DNA of 64,000 bases from Camelus ferus (Eukaryota). Under the pieces are notes generated by a model. The model saw only the letters and a program-made list of their open reading frames with translations, did no database searches and was not told the DNA's origin. A program made the position numbers and the translations under genes. The stretch covers positions 59,398,001-59,462,000 of the forward strand of contig NC_045696.1 of the NCBI RefSeq assembly GCF_009834535.1. Direction: 5' to 3'. How positions within the stretch are numbered: the first letter of the stretch is position 1; each line of letters starts with the position of its first letter. Below, piece after piece: positions 24,901-37,770 of this stretch.

Positions 24901-25369
24901 GCACGTAATAGGTACTTAGAGATTCACTCAACAGATATCTGTTATACTATTTAGTTTTTTAATCCAAAACCATGTTGATTTTATTTTACTTGAAACTTCT
25001 GTAATATCTTGCCTTCCTGAGATAAAGCCTATTTGCATACATGGCAAATCTTTAAATGGCATTTAATGAAAAATTAATTTTCTTTTTACAGCTTATTTGG
25101 ACTTCAGTTCTTTCAGTCATAAGACAACTTTATCTGTGATGAATGGTAGCCATTTTTTATTCACCATGGAATCACATCATAGAGTGGACAGCTGCTTAAC
25201 GCAGTTGTCCTAAACTTTAAATAAGTTTGCTTTTACAATGCTTTTTGTAGATAGTGTCATAACCACAACCTAATTATTAAATGTTTAAAGTGCATGAATA
25301 TTACATAAAGATCCTCTATATAAAAGATTAATATACAAAGGAGAGAATTTACTCTTAAAATAATAAGAA

Positions 25370-25710
25370 AAATTGGATAGTGAAAAACATTAAAGAAGTG
25401 TTAACCACATCAGTCATAATACCATTTTCTAGAGATAACCACCATGTACATCTGTGTATGTGGTTTTTAAACTCACATACAAACACCAGTATATATACGA
25501 TTGGGATAAGGTTGTACATACTGTTTTACAATCTGGTTTTCCCGCTTAACCACACACCGTAACATTTCCCATGGCCTTAATTATTCTTGTACAGTGTCAT
25601 ATTTAATGGCTACATAGAGTGGGTAGACCATGGATAATTTTACCAATCACCTGTGGTTTAACATTTAGGTTTTGTGTGATTTTTCAATAATATAAAGCTG
25701 TAGTGAATAT
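25370..25710 (-). mobile_element. Ancient L1ME 3' fragment
   Basis: ctagagataaccacc...atttaatggctacatag...accaatcacctgtggtttaacatttaggtt. Confidence 0.6.
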
Positions 25711-26719
25711 CATTACTCCCTACTTTAACATTATTCAAGTCCTCAAGCATATAAGCTGTGTTCTGAGTACATGTGCACATTCATCCATGGCCAAGGCAAC
25801 CTCATGGCTCCCTGGTCACGGCCAGGACTCCTCTTCTTTAAGTAGCTGGAGAAGAGCAAAAAGAGCCATGTTTCCCTACCTCCTAGAGGTATTCTGCTCA
25901 GATTATTGGAGAAAATTATCAGTATTGGGGAATTAATGAGAAAAGAATGTCAGGGATCCTGGAATAGAAAACCTTAGCAATTTGGAGCCATCTATTCTAT
26001 ACGTAGGTGGATTGGGGGTCCGACCCACTGGGATTTGTATTCACCATTCTCCTGGCCTCCACATCTAGCTCTGCAACCTCTCTGGTCTTTCTTCCTCTGT
26101 GAACTTTCCATTCACAATGGCCTGACAGCTCAAGGCCAACTAAAGAAAAAGACCCACAGGGCACGGGCTCCCCTCTGGCCTCCTGTTTCTCCCTGCGGGC
26201 TTCTGGGGCTCTGAAGATTCTGCCCATGGGTAGATGTTAGGGCTACCTCATCACAGATGGTGGCCCTGCTGTTGGGATGTGTCTTCAGTAAGAGTGCTTC
26301 TCAGAAATGCCACCTGGCCACGTATATCTTTGTCTGGAACCCAGAGCAGTTGGGGAGAGGAGCCAGGAAAGAAGGGATGAGGCTAGCCAGCTACAGGCTG
26401 AACACATGGAGATTAGTATGGGAGGGGTGCCCAGGACCATAGTCCTCTGGACACAGGAGGAAGGGGCAAGCACTCAATCACAGCTGCTCCCTTTGGGGAC
26501 AGCAGGCTTTCTTTTGCATCTGGGGAATGTGGCTTTGGGAGCAGGAGCATTTGAAGTGCTCGCCAAACAGCTCAGATTGGATAAGGGAGAGAAATAATAC
26601 AAATTCAGAGCAACTACACACTTTACTACACAGTGAGTGTGAGCAGCATAGCTCACAGGTGTGTAGTGAGAAGGTGAAGAGGTGGTTATTAGCTGCCATT
26701 TTCTGAATTTTCTCCATTT

Positions 26720-27045
26720 ACTTACTTGTTCTCTTATTCATTCATCTGTTCACATAATCAACACTCATTGAGCATCTACGATGTACTAGGCCCCATGCGA
26801 GGCTGCCAAGGTGAACAGGGAGGAAGGAAGGAGTGTTACATTGACTTAGCATCAGGTATGTGTCTGGTACCTTTAAATGGATTTTCTCCTTTAATCATCA
26901 CCATAGCCTGTGAAGTAGGTATTTTTATCTCTGATGAGGAAACAGACCTAGAGAGGTTAAGTACTTTGTCTAAGGGCACACAGCTGATAAGTGCTAGAGC
27001 TGGGAGTCAGACTTAGTTCTGTCTGAATCCAGAGCCTGTGCTTTC
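26720..27045 (-). mobile_element. L2 tail followed by MIR
   Basis: ttattcattcatc...cattgagcatctacgatgtactaggcc; then gatgaggaaacagacctagagaggttaagtactttgtctaagggcacacagct. Confidence 0.75.
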
Positions 27046-28439
27046 CTCAGGGCTGTGAACCTCCTCTCAGGATGTGCCTGCGCTGGGAGAGCCACCATCT
27101 TCTGCAAGATGGCTTGTTGCTGCAAATAGTGGCCAGGTTTGCCCCACTGTGGCTTCCTGACTAGGAACAGCTGAGAGTCTCCTTATCCTGCCACAATCCA
27201 GCCTCCAAGGGCTCTTAAGTAAGCTTGCAGACCCCCTGTGCTGGCTCTAATCCTGACCATAACCCCTCATGGATCTAGGGATGGTCTTGGGTCAAGTTGT
27301 CATCCCTCTGCCAGCTGGGGTCAGAGGCCAGGGGGAGTCTTCAATTAGTATGGTTTCCAGGAAAGACACTGTCTAGGCATTTGTAAAACTCACTTCGTGC
27401 TTAACCTCATCCCTTCTGGCCCTCAGTAACTCCGTTAGCAAGACAAAACCATCTCCAAGGCTTATCCTTAGAGTGTGGGATTCAGTGCACAGCCTTCACC
27501 TCCCACCATCTGCCTCAGGTTCCTTTTATCCAGGCTAAGGAATCTAAGTCATTTTTTCTTCTCTAGCTACTTTCCCTTACAGCCCAGCCACAGTACTGGG
27601 CTGTGAGTGAGGCAGATGCTGCGTGATAGGATCTAGTGGTTAGAACTCAGATTATAGTGTCTCATTCTGACTTTGCTTTAGACCAGAGGTTCTCTACCAT
27701 TTAGGAAGCCTTTGACCCTTTCTATGAAAAAAAAAATCTCATGAAGACTAGAATTACACAATTCTCTTCTCATAAAAGTGGGCACATGTGGACATACACA
27801 CAGTAACTTGCATGCAGCTTCATGAGGTTCAAGGCCTTTCCTACCACGCACATTTCTGAGGCAAGATTAGGAAGCCTGCTTTGGTTTAGCAGGTGCTCCT
27901 GGAATGTGCAGCTTAGTGTGTCCTCTGGTGAGCAGAGTTGAGTTTACCTGGGCAAGCCTTTGCAGACACCCCACCAGCTCCTTGTTTTCCATGTTCAGGG
28001 GAAGAATTCTAGCTTCATGAGATATTCAGGTTATCTTGTTTTCCTGTTTAGCACTTGACATGGTGATGCTTCTTTCTTAAGAAACAGCGGGCATCACGAA
28101 TCAGACTCTTTCCTCGTCCTGGTCATTTCCTAGCTTATGCTGCCTCTTCATTATGCTAGGTCTGCAAGGGAAGCTTTGTTGCTTATCTCTGGCAAACATT
28201 AACTCATGTCTCTGTTACTGTGGCAAGGTCTGAGTAATGGGTGGGGGGAACTTAGCCACTCTTCTCTGTTCCCTGACCCCCACCAGAGAGACCTCAGTAC
28301 GCACTGCTATCCTGTCCAGTCCAGGACCTTGCTGATGTTCCCAGTTACCCATTGCCTCTTTGCTAGTTACTGCTCCTTCACTTTTCAGACACTTTCTTAG
28401 ACCTTGATTTTATCATCTCTTTGGGATTTTCTGAATATT

Positions 28440-28632
28440 TGTCCCTTGTATATACATCTATCACTGTGTTTCTTACCTGATATTAAAATTACATGTTGAT
28501 ATGTCTGATTCTCCCTCTAAACCAAAAGTCCTTTAAGGTCAGGAACTCTACATTTTTTATCATTGTACCCATAGCGACTGGGACTTGACTTGGCACATAT
28601 AGGTGCTCAATATTTATTGAACTGAATTGTTT
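28440..28632 (+). mobile_element. L2 3' end
   Basis: tggcacatataggtgctcaatatttattgaactgaatt. Confidence 0.75.
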
Positions 28633-30444
28633 AGATACCCAAGGTAATAAGTTAAGAAGAGGTTTAAAAATTCCTTAAAACTCTAGGAATCTTTCCATGG
28701 CCAACTCATCCACTTCAGTTTATCCAAAAATCTAAACATAGTATTGGGGGACATAAGGAGTTCATGCTGTCTCACTTCCACGGGAGGGGTGTGTGTGTGC
28801 GTGCGTATGCGCATTCACACACGCACAGACCTTTCTTCCTTGGTTACTTCAATTATTTTAAAACAATACCAAAACAAGTCTCTTAAGTCTCTGTAGTAAT
28901 CTCTCTCTGTCTCTGTCCTTCAACACTTTTTCATATTTGGTTATCTCCTTGATATATCTTAACATCTCTTTTGCCTCTGACTCTTTCTCATTTGATTCAT
29001 ATATCCTAAGTCTGAACAGCAGCCACTCTGAGTAGCAACTACACAACTAGCTCAGGACCAAGGACAGCAGCATGCATGGCCTTCAAGTGGGAGAAGGTGC
29101 TTTAGTTTGCTAAAGTTCACTCAGTAATATGACTTTTGGGTGTGGCCCTTCTCACCTGTCACGCTGGACTTGCGATTCTGCAAACCTGGTTATTACTTTG
29201 ATCCTAGTTTTTCCATGCCTGTGGTGGACCTGTGTCCAATCTGTACCCAGTATTTCCCTGTGGCCTTGTTTCCACTGATGGGCATGGTATCTGAGACTAA
29301 GGCAGGAATGGCACAACTGTGGAATCAGAAAGCCTGAAGGTGGGAGCAGGGAGAAGCTCTGGGCTGGGGTGAGAGAGACTGCTCCAGGAGCTGCCCCAAG
29401 GATCTGCTCTGAGCTCTGCAATCAGCCATTGCTAGTTCACTGCAGCAACCCACACCTGAATTTCAGGCCATGGGATGGGGTAGGGGGGAGAGGTCTTGGG
29501 AAGGTGCTGGGTCATTTCATGTTTGGATGCCTGCCAGAGTGCCTTCCATAGTGACAGATGCCAAAGCTGGCTTTTCGAAGCAACAGTTTCATCTTTAACT
29601 AAAGTCATAATGTCCTGATTAAATTAAAATTAATTAAAATTAAAATACTACTGAGAAGCAGACTGGGGAAGAGGGAGAGAAATTGAGAGTGAGGGTCTCA
29701 AGGAGTGAAATTTTCGTATGTCTGAACTTCCATAGAACACACCTTCTGCCTCTGAGTACCTCTATAACCCTTTCAAAATAATAAAAGTATATACTGCTAA
29801 TGTTTAGCAGTTGATTCATATTTATCATTGACTGATTCCACACTGGCTAATGTTCTCTGTTACTTTGTGGACCCATCCAAGAGTAATACTCAATGTAACG
29901 AAAAGAGGATAAATCTACTACTATCACCACCATCCATGAGGTATGAGTACTTGGACCTGATCAGTTGGCAAAGACTGTTAAAAAAAAGTGATCAGCAGAT
30001 GTAGTCACTTTTGAAGTGTTCATTTCCTTCTGCCCAGAGCGCATTGAAGGATGTCAGCCTTTCTGGGAAGGACGGGAAGGAGGGAGTGTGTCTTGCAGCT
30101 GAGCTCACAGTTCAAGCTAATGTTAAAGCTTGTGAAGAATAAACAGAAATGGTTTGCTCATTAGCTGGGCTTAGAGAGGTGCTACTCACATGTTTAAAGT
30201 GCTAATTATTAGTGAGCTTTAATGGAGCTGATCTAGCAATGGTAAGTGTCACAAACTTCTGCCCTTCGAGAGTAGCCCATTAGCCAAGACCTTATATCTA
30301 ATATTGAAACTGGCCACAGTTAAAGTTTGTGTGGAAGCGTGAGTGAGAGAAAGATGGAGATGGGGTAGAGATAGGCACAGAGAGGGACCAGGAGAGAGAG
30401 GCACAGCCATTATTAAGCAGATTTTGTATGGAAAGCACCATGGC

Positions 30445-30700
30445 ACTGTGGATGAGTGAGATTTGGTTGCTCATTAAGTGCCAGCTCTGTGCCAGGCACT
30501 AGAGATACGGAGATAAGCATTCAGTCCCTGCCCTCAAGAGCTTAGAATCTAGAGAGCTTAGAATCCAGGTGCAGGGGTGGAGATGGCATGGCATTGAGGT
30601 ACCTGCCATGTGACATACAGAGAAGGGAAACCAGGCTAGCCTGGGGTCAGGGAGGAGTTAGGAAGACACCCTGGGGAAGGGACACAGCTCACTATGGAGA
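30445..30700 (-). mobile_element. L2 fragment
   Basis: aagtgccagctctgtgccaggcactagagatac...cagtccctgccctcaagagcttagaatctag. Confidence 0.7.
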
Positions 30701-32389
30701 AGGGCAGAAATGGTTATTATGACGAGTGAAGTTCAAATGCATGTCAGAGTTCAGAGAAGGTAGACACTGCATCCTTGTGAAAAGACGGCTCCATCTGGCT
30801 ATCATCTCAAGCCCCTGGCTACTGCCTCACGCTGCATAAGGCCTCATCAGTTTGCTTGGAAAAGCTTGGTATTGAGCACTTGCCAGAAGAGGATCCCTTG
30901 TGTTTTTTTCCTCTCCCCCTTAGCATTGAAATCAGGTGAGCTGAAGTTTGTGAATGTCCTTCTCTCAGAAGTTACATGGCGTGGTGCCAGGAGGAGGAGG
31001 AGAGCCTGCCATGTTGTTGCTCCACTGTGGCTGCTGTCCAAGGGGAGAGAGGATGCTGCCTGCTGGTCTGACATTTGCAGGTGTCAGTGATGGAGGACGC
31101 TGCAGGGAGTTGGCCTCACTGGGGGCGATGGATCCCCAGGCTGGGGAGAGCCAGTGGATCCCCACTGGGCTGTGTGTCTGCTGCTGACCCAAAGCTGTCC
31201 AGTTTCTTTCTCTGCCAGGTTTATTCCTTCCATTCAGCATGTACTTGCTGCCTCAGTGGCAGTTATTTTAAGGAGATCTCCAAGGAATATATTTATAGTC
31301 CCTGGAGGAGTTTTCCAACAGGCAGTTTCCTTAATAGCTCATTAGCGTCTGTAAAGAGGAGACAAAATATTCACCTCCATTTCTGCCTGTGTGTGTGTAT
31401 ATGTGTCTTTCTCTCCAACTTTTTCTCTCTCACTCTTTACCCTTTTCCCTCTCAGCCTTGCCACCTCTCTCTCCTCTTGTGTTAATATAGAAAGGAGGGG
31501 AAGGAGAGAAGGGACAGATCACCGCCTCTTCACACTGATAGGTTCCCTCTCATCCTAGCTGCACTGTGTCTTTTCCCAAGGGCTCTGCCCTTCTAGTCCC
31601 CACACAGAAGGGGTCATGTCCTTAAGTCTCTTCCCTTTATGAGTCAGTTCCACACTGCATCTTCATGGGGACTTACACAAACTCTCAGCCTCCTTACTGG
31701 CCTGGCGGGCTCCCAGGAGGTACCTAGCAGATGAACATTCTTCCTGCCTTTCTTGGAACCTAGGGAGAAGATAAAAAGAGACCAAGTTCCAGTACCCCCT
31801 GCCCCCCTATTCCACCATCTACCATACAGGGGCCATGTGTCCCATCCCTTCCCACCCCCCCACCCCCCCGCAACCTGCTGTCTCTTTGAAGATAAAACAG
31901 AATGTGATATGGAGGTTGGGGTCAGCACCTGCTGGGTCCAGCTTTGTTTTAGAAGCACAGCTTTCCTTTGGGACCAGCCAGACTCTACCCAGCCCTGGCC
32001 CTGGCTGCAGCACAGCCCAGCTCTCTGAGCTTTGCAGGCACTTGCAGCCACAGCTTTACTGGTGCCTTCTCGGGAATCAACCCTGTTGAGATTGATCATG
32101 TTCAAAGTGAGATCACAGAGCCCAACCACCACCTCCAGGCCTCTCTTTCCATCACTCCCTAAGCCTGCTTTTCTGTTCTGTCAGTAAGCCCTCTCCGTCT
32201 CTAGCACACAGCTTGCTTGCCCCTCTCTCTCTGCCTTGGCACATGTTGCTTCCCACCAGAGCACCATCCTGTGGCCCTCCCCTAATTCAAAACCTGGTTC
32301 AAAGATCACCTCTTCGAGGAGCTGCCCTGATGAATTGCCACCAACTCACCACTCTTACTCTTTGTCTTCTTAGGACCTGTGCCTCCTCA

Positions 32390-32770
32390 GTTTCATTCAG
32401 TATTTCTGTAGTCTCTTGCATGACAGGCACTGTGCTAGGTGCTGGGGTAGAACAATGAGTAAGACATGGTCCCCACCTGCAGGGTGTCAGATCAATTAAT
32501 GGGAAGCAGAATGAAAACACAGAAATGCCTTTCAGGAGTGAAAGAGTGCAGGTACAGTCAGGGGCAGCTCAGCTTGACGGGGAGGTCAGGGAACTGCACA
32601 GAGGAAATGATGGATTAGAGAAAGATTTAAGAGGTAGAACCAACGGAACAAAGTGACTGAATCAATATTTGCAATGTAGGAGAGGGACGACTAGGCTATG
32701 CCTCCTTTGCCTCCCAGGCTTCTATGTGGGTAACTCAGTGGATGATGGTACCAGTAATCAGGAGGGAAGG
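32390..32770 (-). mobile_element. L2 fragment
   Basis: cattcagtattt...caggcactgtgctaggtgctggggtagaacaatgagtaagacatggtcccc...aagaggtagaaccaacgga. Confidence 0.7.
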
Positions 32771-33599
32771 GATGCGGGGCAACCATGTTGGAGGCAGGTT
32801 CAGAACCTCAGAATCTTAAGTTGTTTTTGTATACAGTGTCTGGTAGCTTCCTGATGTCAAGGGAAGTGGGCACAAGGTATTAGGCTGGACATTCTCACAG
32901 GGCAAAAATTAAGTCTCCCCTCCCAGGGAGGGAATTACCTGAGATGAGCACTGTGCTCTCTTTAGAAATGGTGCTCCCTAGGGTGGGGGCACCTCTCCTT
33001 CCTCTGTTTCTCATCCAGCATTGCCCAGTGTTCAGGGCTTTGTACCTGTTGGTGGGAGTGCAGGTGCGAAAAAGAGGCATAAACCACCTGGCTGCTCTGT
33101 CCTCCAGGGCCATCTCAGAGATGGCATCTTGGCCTATAAATAAGATCAGTGATGGTATTTGTGGTACTGAGAGCAATTAGAGGAGGCAGAGGGCTCTGAA
33201 GGTTGGGACAGTGAGGAAGATTTGTGTAAAATTAAAATACTTGATCCATAAGAGAGTGATTTAAGTTACCAAAATTCTGACCAGTTTGGACAAGTGTTAT
33301 TCATAAACGTCAAAAGATAAGACACGGCCCAGCCTCAGTGCCCTGAAGGCAGGTAGCCCTCCTGGATAGCCTTTTCATTCCAGAGCTGTGTTTGAGTTCT
33401 GGGTCACAGAGTAATGGCTGAATCTCTAGAATCCTGGACAGTGGTGAGGGGTCTTCCCGTGGCCGAGATGGGAGGGGTTGTGAGTGGCAGCACTGGACCA
33501 GATTTTAGAGGTTTCTGCTTAGACGAGGCTAAAGTTTGCTTTTATCTGTCTCTGCCTCTGAGGCAGCTCTGGGATAGAAAGACATGCTTTGGAGTGTAG

Positions 33600-33755
33600 C
33601 ACTTCCCTAAACATAGTGTATATCATCACCTGGGCTTCTTGTTAAGGCACAGGCTCTGATTCCGTAGGTCTGGGGTGGCGCCTGGGATTCTGCATTTCTA
33701 GCAAGGTTCTAGCTGGTAGGTGATGCTTGTCACTTTAAGTAGCAAGGATTTAGAA
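33600..33755. mobile_element. MER5A-like MITE
   Basis: atcacctggg...ctctgattccgtaggtctggggtggcgcctgggattctgcatttctagcaag...cactttaagtagcaagg. Confidence 0.8.
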
Positions 33756-33769
33756 CTCACCTTTAGGAA

Positions 33770-33970
33770 GCCTTTCCTTTGAGCTCCCTTGCATTCTGTA
33801 CAGGTGATGTCCTATCTCTGATAACAGCTCATCATCCTATCTGCACATCTGTTTCTGCCTGGAAGCCTCCTGGAAAGCAGGGTCCATTCCTTAGTTGTCA
33901 AAGTATCGCCAAAGCCCAACGTTAGGCCTAGCACATAATAGGTGTTCAATAAAGAATTGATGAACGAAAG
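33770..33970 (+). mobile_element. L2 3' end
   Basis: gcctagcacataataggtgttcaataaagaattgatgaacgaa. Confidence 0.7.
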
Positions 33971-36371
33971 AATCTGGAAATAGGAAACTGTCCAAATTAC
34001 TCCCAAACCAAGGTTGGGCCTAATGAATTCTTGAAACTCTCAATTCTAAGCCAAATCTCTTTTGTCCAGCAGATCAGTCAGTGTTTCAGTGCCACCTTCA
34101 TCAAGGCTCCCGTGCTGGACACCATAGGAGTGGAGTGGACAGAGGAGACAGAGACCTGAGCATTGAGAAATTTGCTGTCTCAGTGGTGAACCAGGGTTCA
34201 GGCCCATTTGATGCAACATTAGAATACTTACACAATAACTTCTAAATAAGTGCAAGTTGAGGGGGTGTGACTGAGAACCAAAAGGCGATAAAGAGCAATC
34301 CATGGGTACTGTGGCAGCTCGCACCTCCGAGTGCTCAACACTTACTTGTTTGTTTCTTTGCTTGTTGAAGTCAGGATTGCTTTCGGAAGGACATTAGCAT
34401 GGATGAAGCACCCAGCTGCCCTGGGAGACTCACTGTCATCCCAGAGCCATAAAACCACGGACAGGGCCTGGGACACAGGGCTGGTCCTGCTCTTGCCATG
34501 TGGGGCCACAGAGGCTGGGATCCAGAGTGAGGATGATTGGCATTTTCCAGCATAGGAATGGTGACTAGAAAAATGTGAAGAGGAACAGGCAGCAGCCATA
34601 TGAGCATAAGCCATTTGGAGCGAGGAGGAGGCAGGAGTAGGGCTTGGAGAAGACCCCTGCTGGAGATCCTGGGGAGACGCGGGGGTAATTTTTACCTCCC
34701 TAACAGAGTCAGAACATTTCAACTTTGCTAATTAACAGAACAGCAGGCTTGTAATTCAGACAGCAGCAGGACACGAATGAGGTGGGACTGGCACTGAATG
34801 CCAGCGAAGTATGCCTTGTCCTTAAGATAAAGCACAGCGTTCCTGTTGGGTGAGGTCCATGAGGGAGCCTTCTGGTTCTTTCCTACAGTAACCTCAAGGG
34901 CACAGGGGCTTTTATTTCTTCTCAGGGTTTCTTTAGAGACAGCAAGAGGCCTGGGGTTCACAGTCTAATAGTGCTATCAAATATACCTTGTATCAGAGAG
35001 AGTAGTTGCAGTTCAAGTCTGCCTCCTTCAAGGTATATATATCCCATAGGAGTTCTTCCATCACTAGTCTCCCATTTAGGTAAGTTGGGCTGTCTGCAGA
35101 ATGGGCTGATGTGCCCTGAGCATTCCAATCCCTAAACTGATTCCTGGGAAAGAATGGTCTGGGAGGCCAGGGAAGAGTTGTTTTATCTTCCCAAAGTGCA
35201 CTGAATTGTTTTAGGGAATTGGTTCTCAATACTTTCTTTCAAGGCATATTGATCTGATAATCTGAGGATCTTAAAGCCAATAAACATGAAGGAAAGGTTT
35301 AAAAAGTCTCAGAATATTAGAGCTGAGTGGTACTCTGGAGATCATCCACCCAGATCACCAGCACTTGGTGTGACAGATGAGGCCACTGACCTTGTGCAAG
35401 TCACTTTAGGAAGAGTTAGCATTTCATTCATTCATTTATTCTTTTATCAGATATTTATTGAACATTTACCTTGAGTCTGCCCAGACATGTACCTAATAGT
35501 GAAAACATGTTGCTATTTCATTGGTCCTGTTTGAGGTAGTATTCAATGAAGTTCCCCTTTATTATAGATTCAGACAGCTGGTTTCACAAGGGCCCTGGGG
35601 GAATTGATACATAGAATTTTTAGCCAGTGCAAATAGGTTTTCTATGCAAGGTCACCAACTTCTGAGCTGCTGGGCTAATTAGTTTAGCTCTGCTTGGCTT
35701 TACAGAATACATATATTGTTGAAAATTTATTTGTAATTCAATTTTTTGGCAAGTGAAAAACTAATTCAAACCACTAAGGCAGCTTTTATTTAAAGAGACC
35801 CTGGAGCAAATCCTTTTAGAACATGAAAAATAATGTTGCTGCTGTTGGAAATGATTATCCCCTGGTTAAAGATTTTGTAAATCTGGACACTTTAGGTTTT
35901 CTTCTGGTAGGCACACAACGTGGGAGATAGCTCAGCTGCTGTCTGAACTGGCTGGGGGAGGACTCTGGCCTGGGAAGAGGAAGCCCTGTGAATCTTAGTC
36001 CAGCCCACCCCAAGGTATTGATGTGTACTCTGGCAGATGATTGCGAGTGACTCGAACAAGCTGTTTCCCTTCTCTCAGATCTTGGAGTCTGGAGGGGAAG
36101 ATAAAGAGGTGGAGCATGATGAGTGGAGTGTGCAGGATGAAAATCCAAGCTCTCTCTCTCTCTCTCCACAGGTAGGGGATGGAAGGGGGCAGGATGGGGA
36201 ACCTTGTGCTTCTGATTTTGCAAATTCCAACCTCTTCCTTAATGTCTGGGGACTGTGTGGAATTAGAACCATCTCACAGACTTTAACATGGTAGGGGAGG
36301 AGAGAAAGAACAGTGGAAAAAAATTGGGCAGGAGTTTAGGAGAGAAGAGGGTTATGTGGATTCTTATTATA

Positions 36372-36757
36372 CAGTAAAATCTCAATATAGGTCTTGCTAT
36401 TTTTGAACTTGTAAATAATCTACAAAGACAGGACTGAAGTTTAACTTTTCTTATTAAACCTTTTTTTGTACAGAAATTAATACTGTATGTAGTGACATCA
36501 AGGAGGGTATTTTAACACTGATATATATTTCACATATGAAATTAAGCTATTTTGATGCAGAAGCATCATTCTACATGAGAAATTCAGTGTTAGAGATGGT
36601 CCTTGTCTAGTTGGTAAAGCCTGAGAAGACTCTTCCTTGCTAAGGAAGCTGAAACTTCTTATTGCATCATGATGAAAAAAATACCTGTGTATCTAGTTGT
36701 AATTTCTATAATAATTTATATTCATCCTAATTGGTTTCTACTAGTGAGGTTTAATAG
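36372..36757. mobile_element. Possible Tigger-type (TcMar) MITE remnant
   Basis: Begins ta|cagtaaaatctc and ends gaggtttaatag, a degenerate terminal inverted repeat around an AT-rich interior. Confidence 0.35.
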
Positions 36758-36835
36758 CTTTTCTGTGTTGGAAGAGAAAGTCAGAGCAGAAAGATATGTA
36801 GAAACAAAGATAGAAAGTGCAACACAGTACTTATA

Positions 36836-37018
36836 GGCGGAGGGTATAGCTCAGTGGTAGAGTCTGTGCTTAGCGTGCCCAAGGTCCTGAGTTCAATCCC
36901 TGGTGCTTCCACTAAAAAATATATATGTAAATAAATAAACCTAATTACCACCCCCCAAAACAAACAGAAATAAATAAATAAAATGCAGGTGACAATGTGA
37001 AAAAAATTAAGAATTTGA
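36836..37018 (+). mobile_element. Camelid tRNA-derived SINE (Vic-1 type)
   Basis: ggcggagggtatagctcagtggtagag (A box 36847-36857) ...gagttcaatccc (B box 36891-36899), tail taaataaataaacctaattaccacccccc. Diverged TSD aacacagtacttata / aaaacagtgcttgta. Confidence 0.88.
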
Positions 37019-37731
37019 AAAACAGTGCTTGTAGTTAGAACTCTCTTTCCTATAGTGTTTTTTTTTCTTCTGTTGCTCACTGTCTTCTTGGAGTGAACCT
37101 TGTGGCTGGTTACTTCAGCATCAGGGACTCTGAGCCAGCTTCTAAGGAGAAGCAACTGTGAATAAAAAGGCTCACTGTCTTCATTTAGTGAAAAATGAAA
37201 AAAGAGAAACAGATGAAGTGGTCAGAGGCACTTTCGAAATGTGTTTTGGGTTATGGTATGACCTCTGACCAAGGAAATGGGCATTCTGGGGACATTCCTC
37301 TTCTCCTCTTTGGTTGAGTGTGCAGCTTGCTTATTTCCCTTCCCTAGGCCAGTGATCTTAGTCCTGGGTTGTTGCCAAAATTCCCAATGATTTTCGATCC
37401 TTGAAATAGTCAATGTTTAGGGATTGAGATGGCCCAAGTGGGACCACCCTGCCCAGCACGTTTCTCCCCCTGTGGATGATCAGGCTAGGACCACAATGGA
37501 GTAAGCCAAGTGGAGAAAGGGGTGTCCATGGTCTCTGGTTCTGTCTCACTGAGCTGACACAGAACCGCCTCTCTTCCAGGGTCCCTCTGTGCCATGTCCC
37601 TATTGGTAGAACACAGCAGAGATTCCAGTGACAGCTCACAGGGCTCATAGAGTGGGCTGGATCTCCCTGAGAGTCCTTGTTGGGTACTCAGGGTAAATGA
37701 CAGGGGTGCTGTGGGCTGGCCTGGGTTTTTT

Positions 37732-37735
<4 letters not shown>

Positions 37736-37767
<32 letters not shown>
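37736..37767 (+). repeat. (TG)16 microsatellite
   Basis: Direct reading. Confidence 0.95.

Positions 37768-37770
<3 letters not shown>

Noticed and set aside
36836..36912. tRNA gene (also 42173-42247)
   Set aside because: The A and B boxes are tRNA-like, but the A-rich tail, TSD and poor acceptor stem identify SINE heads.
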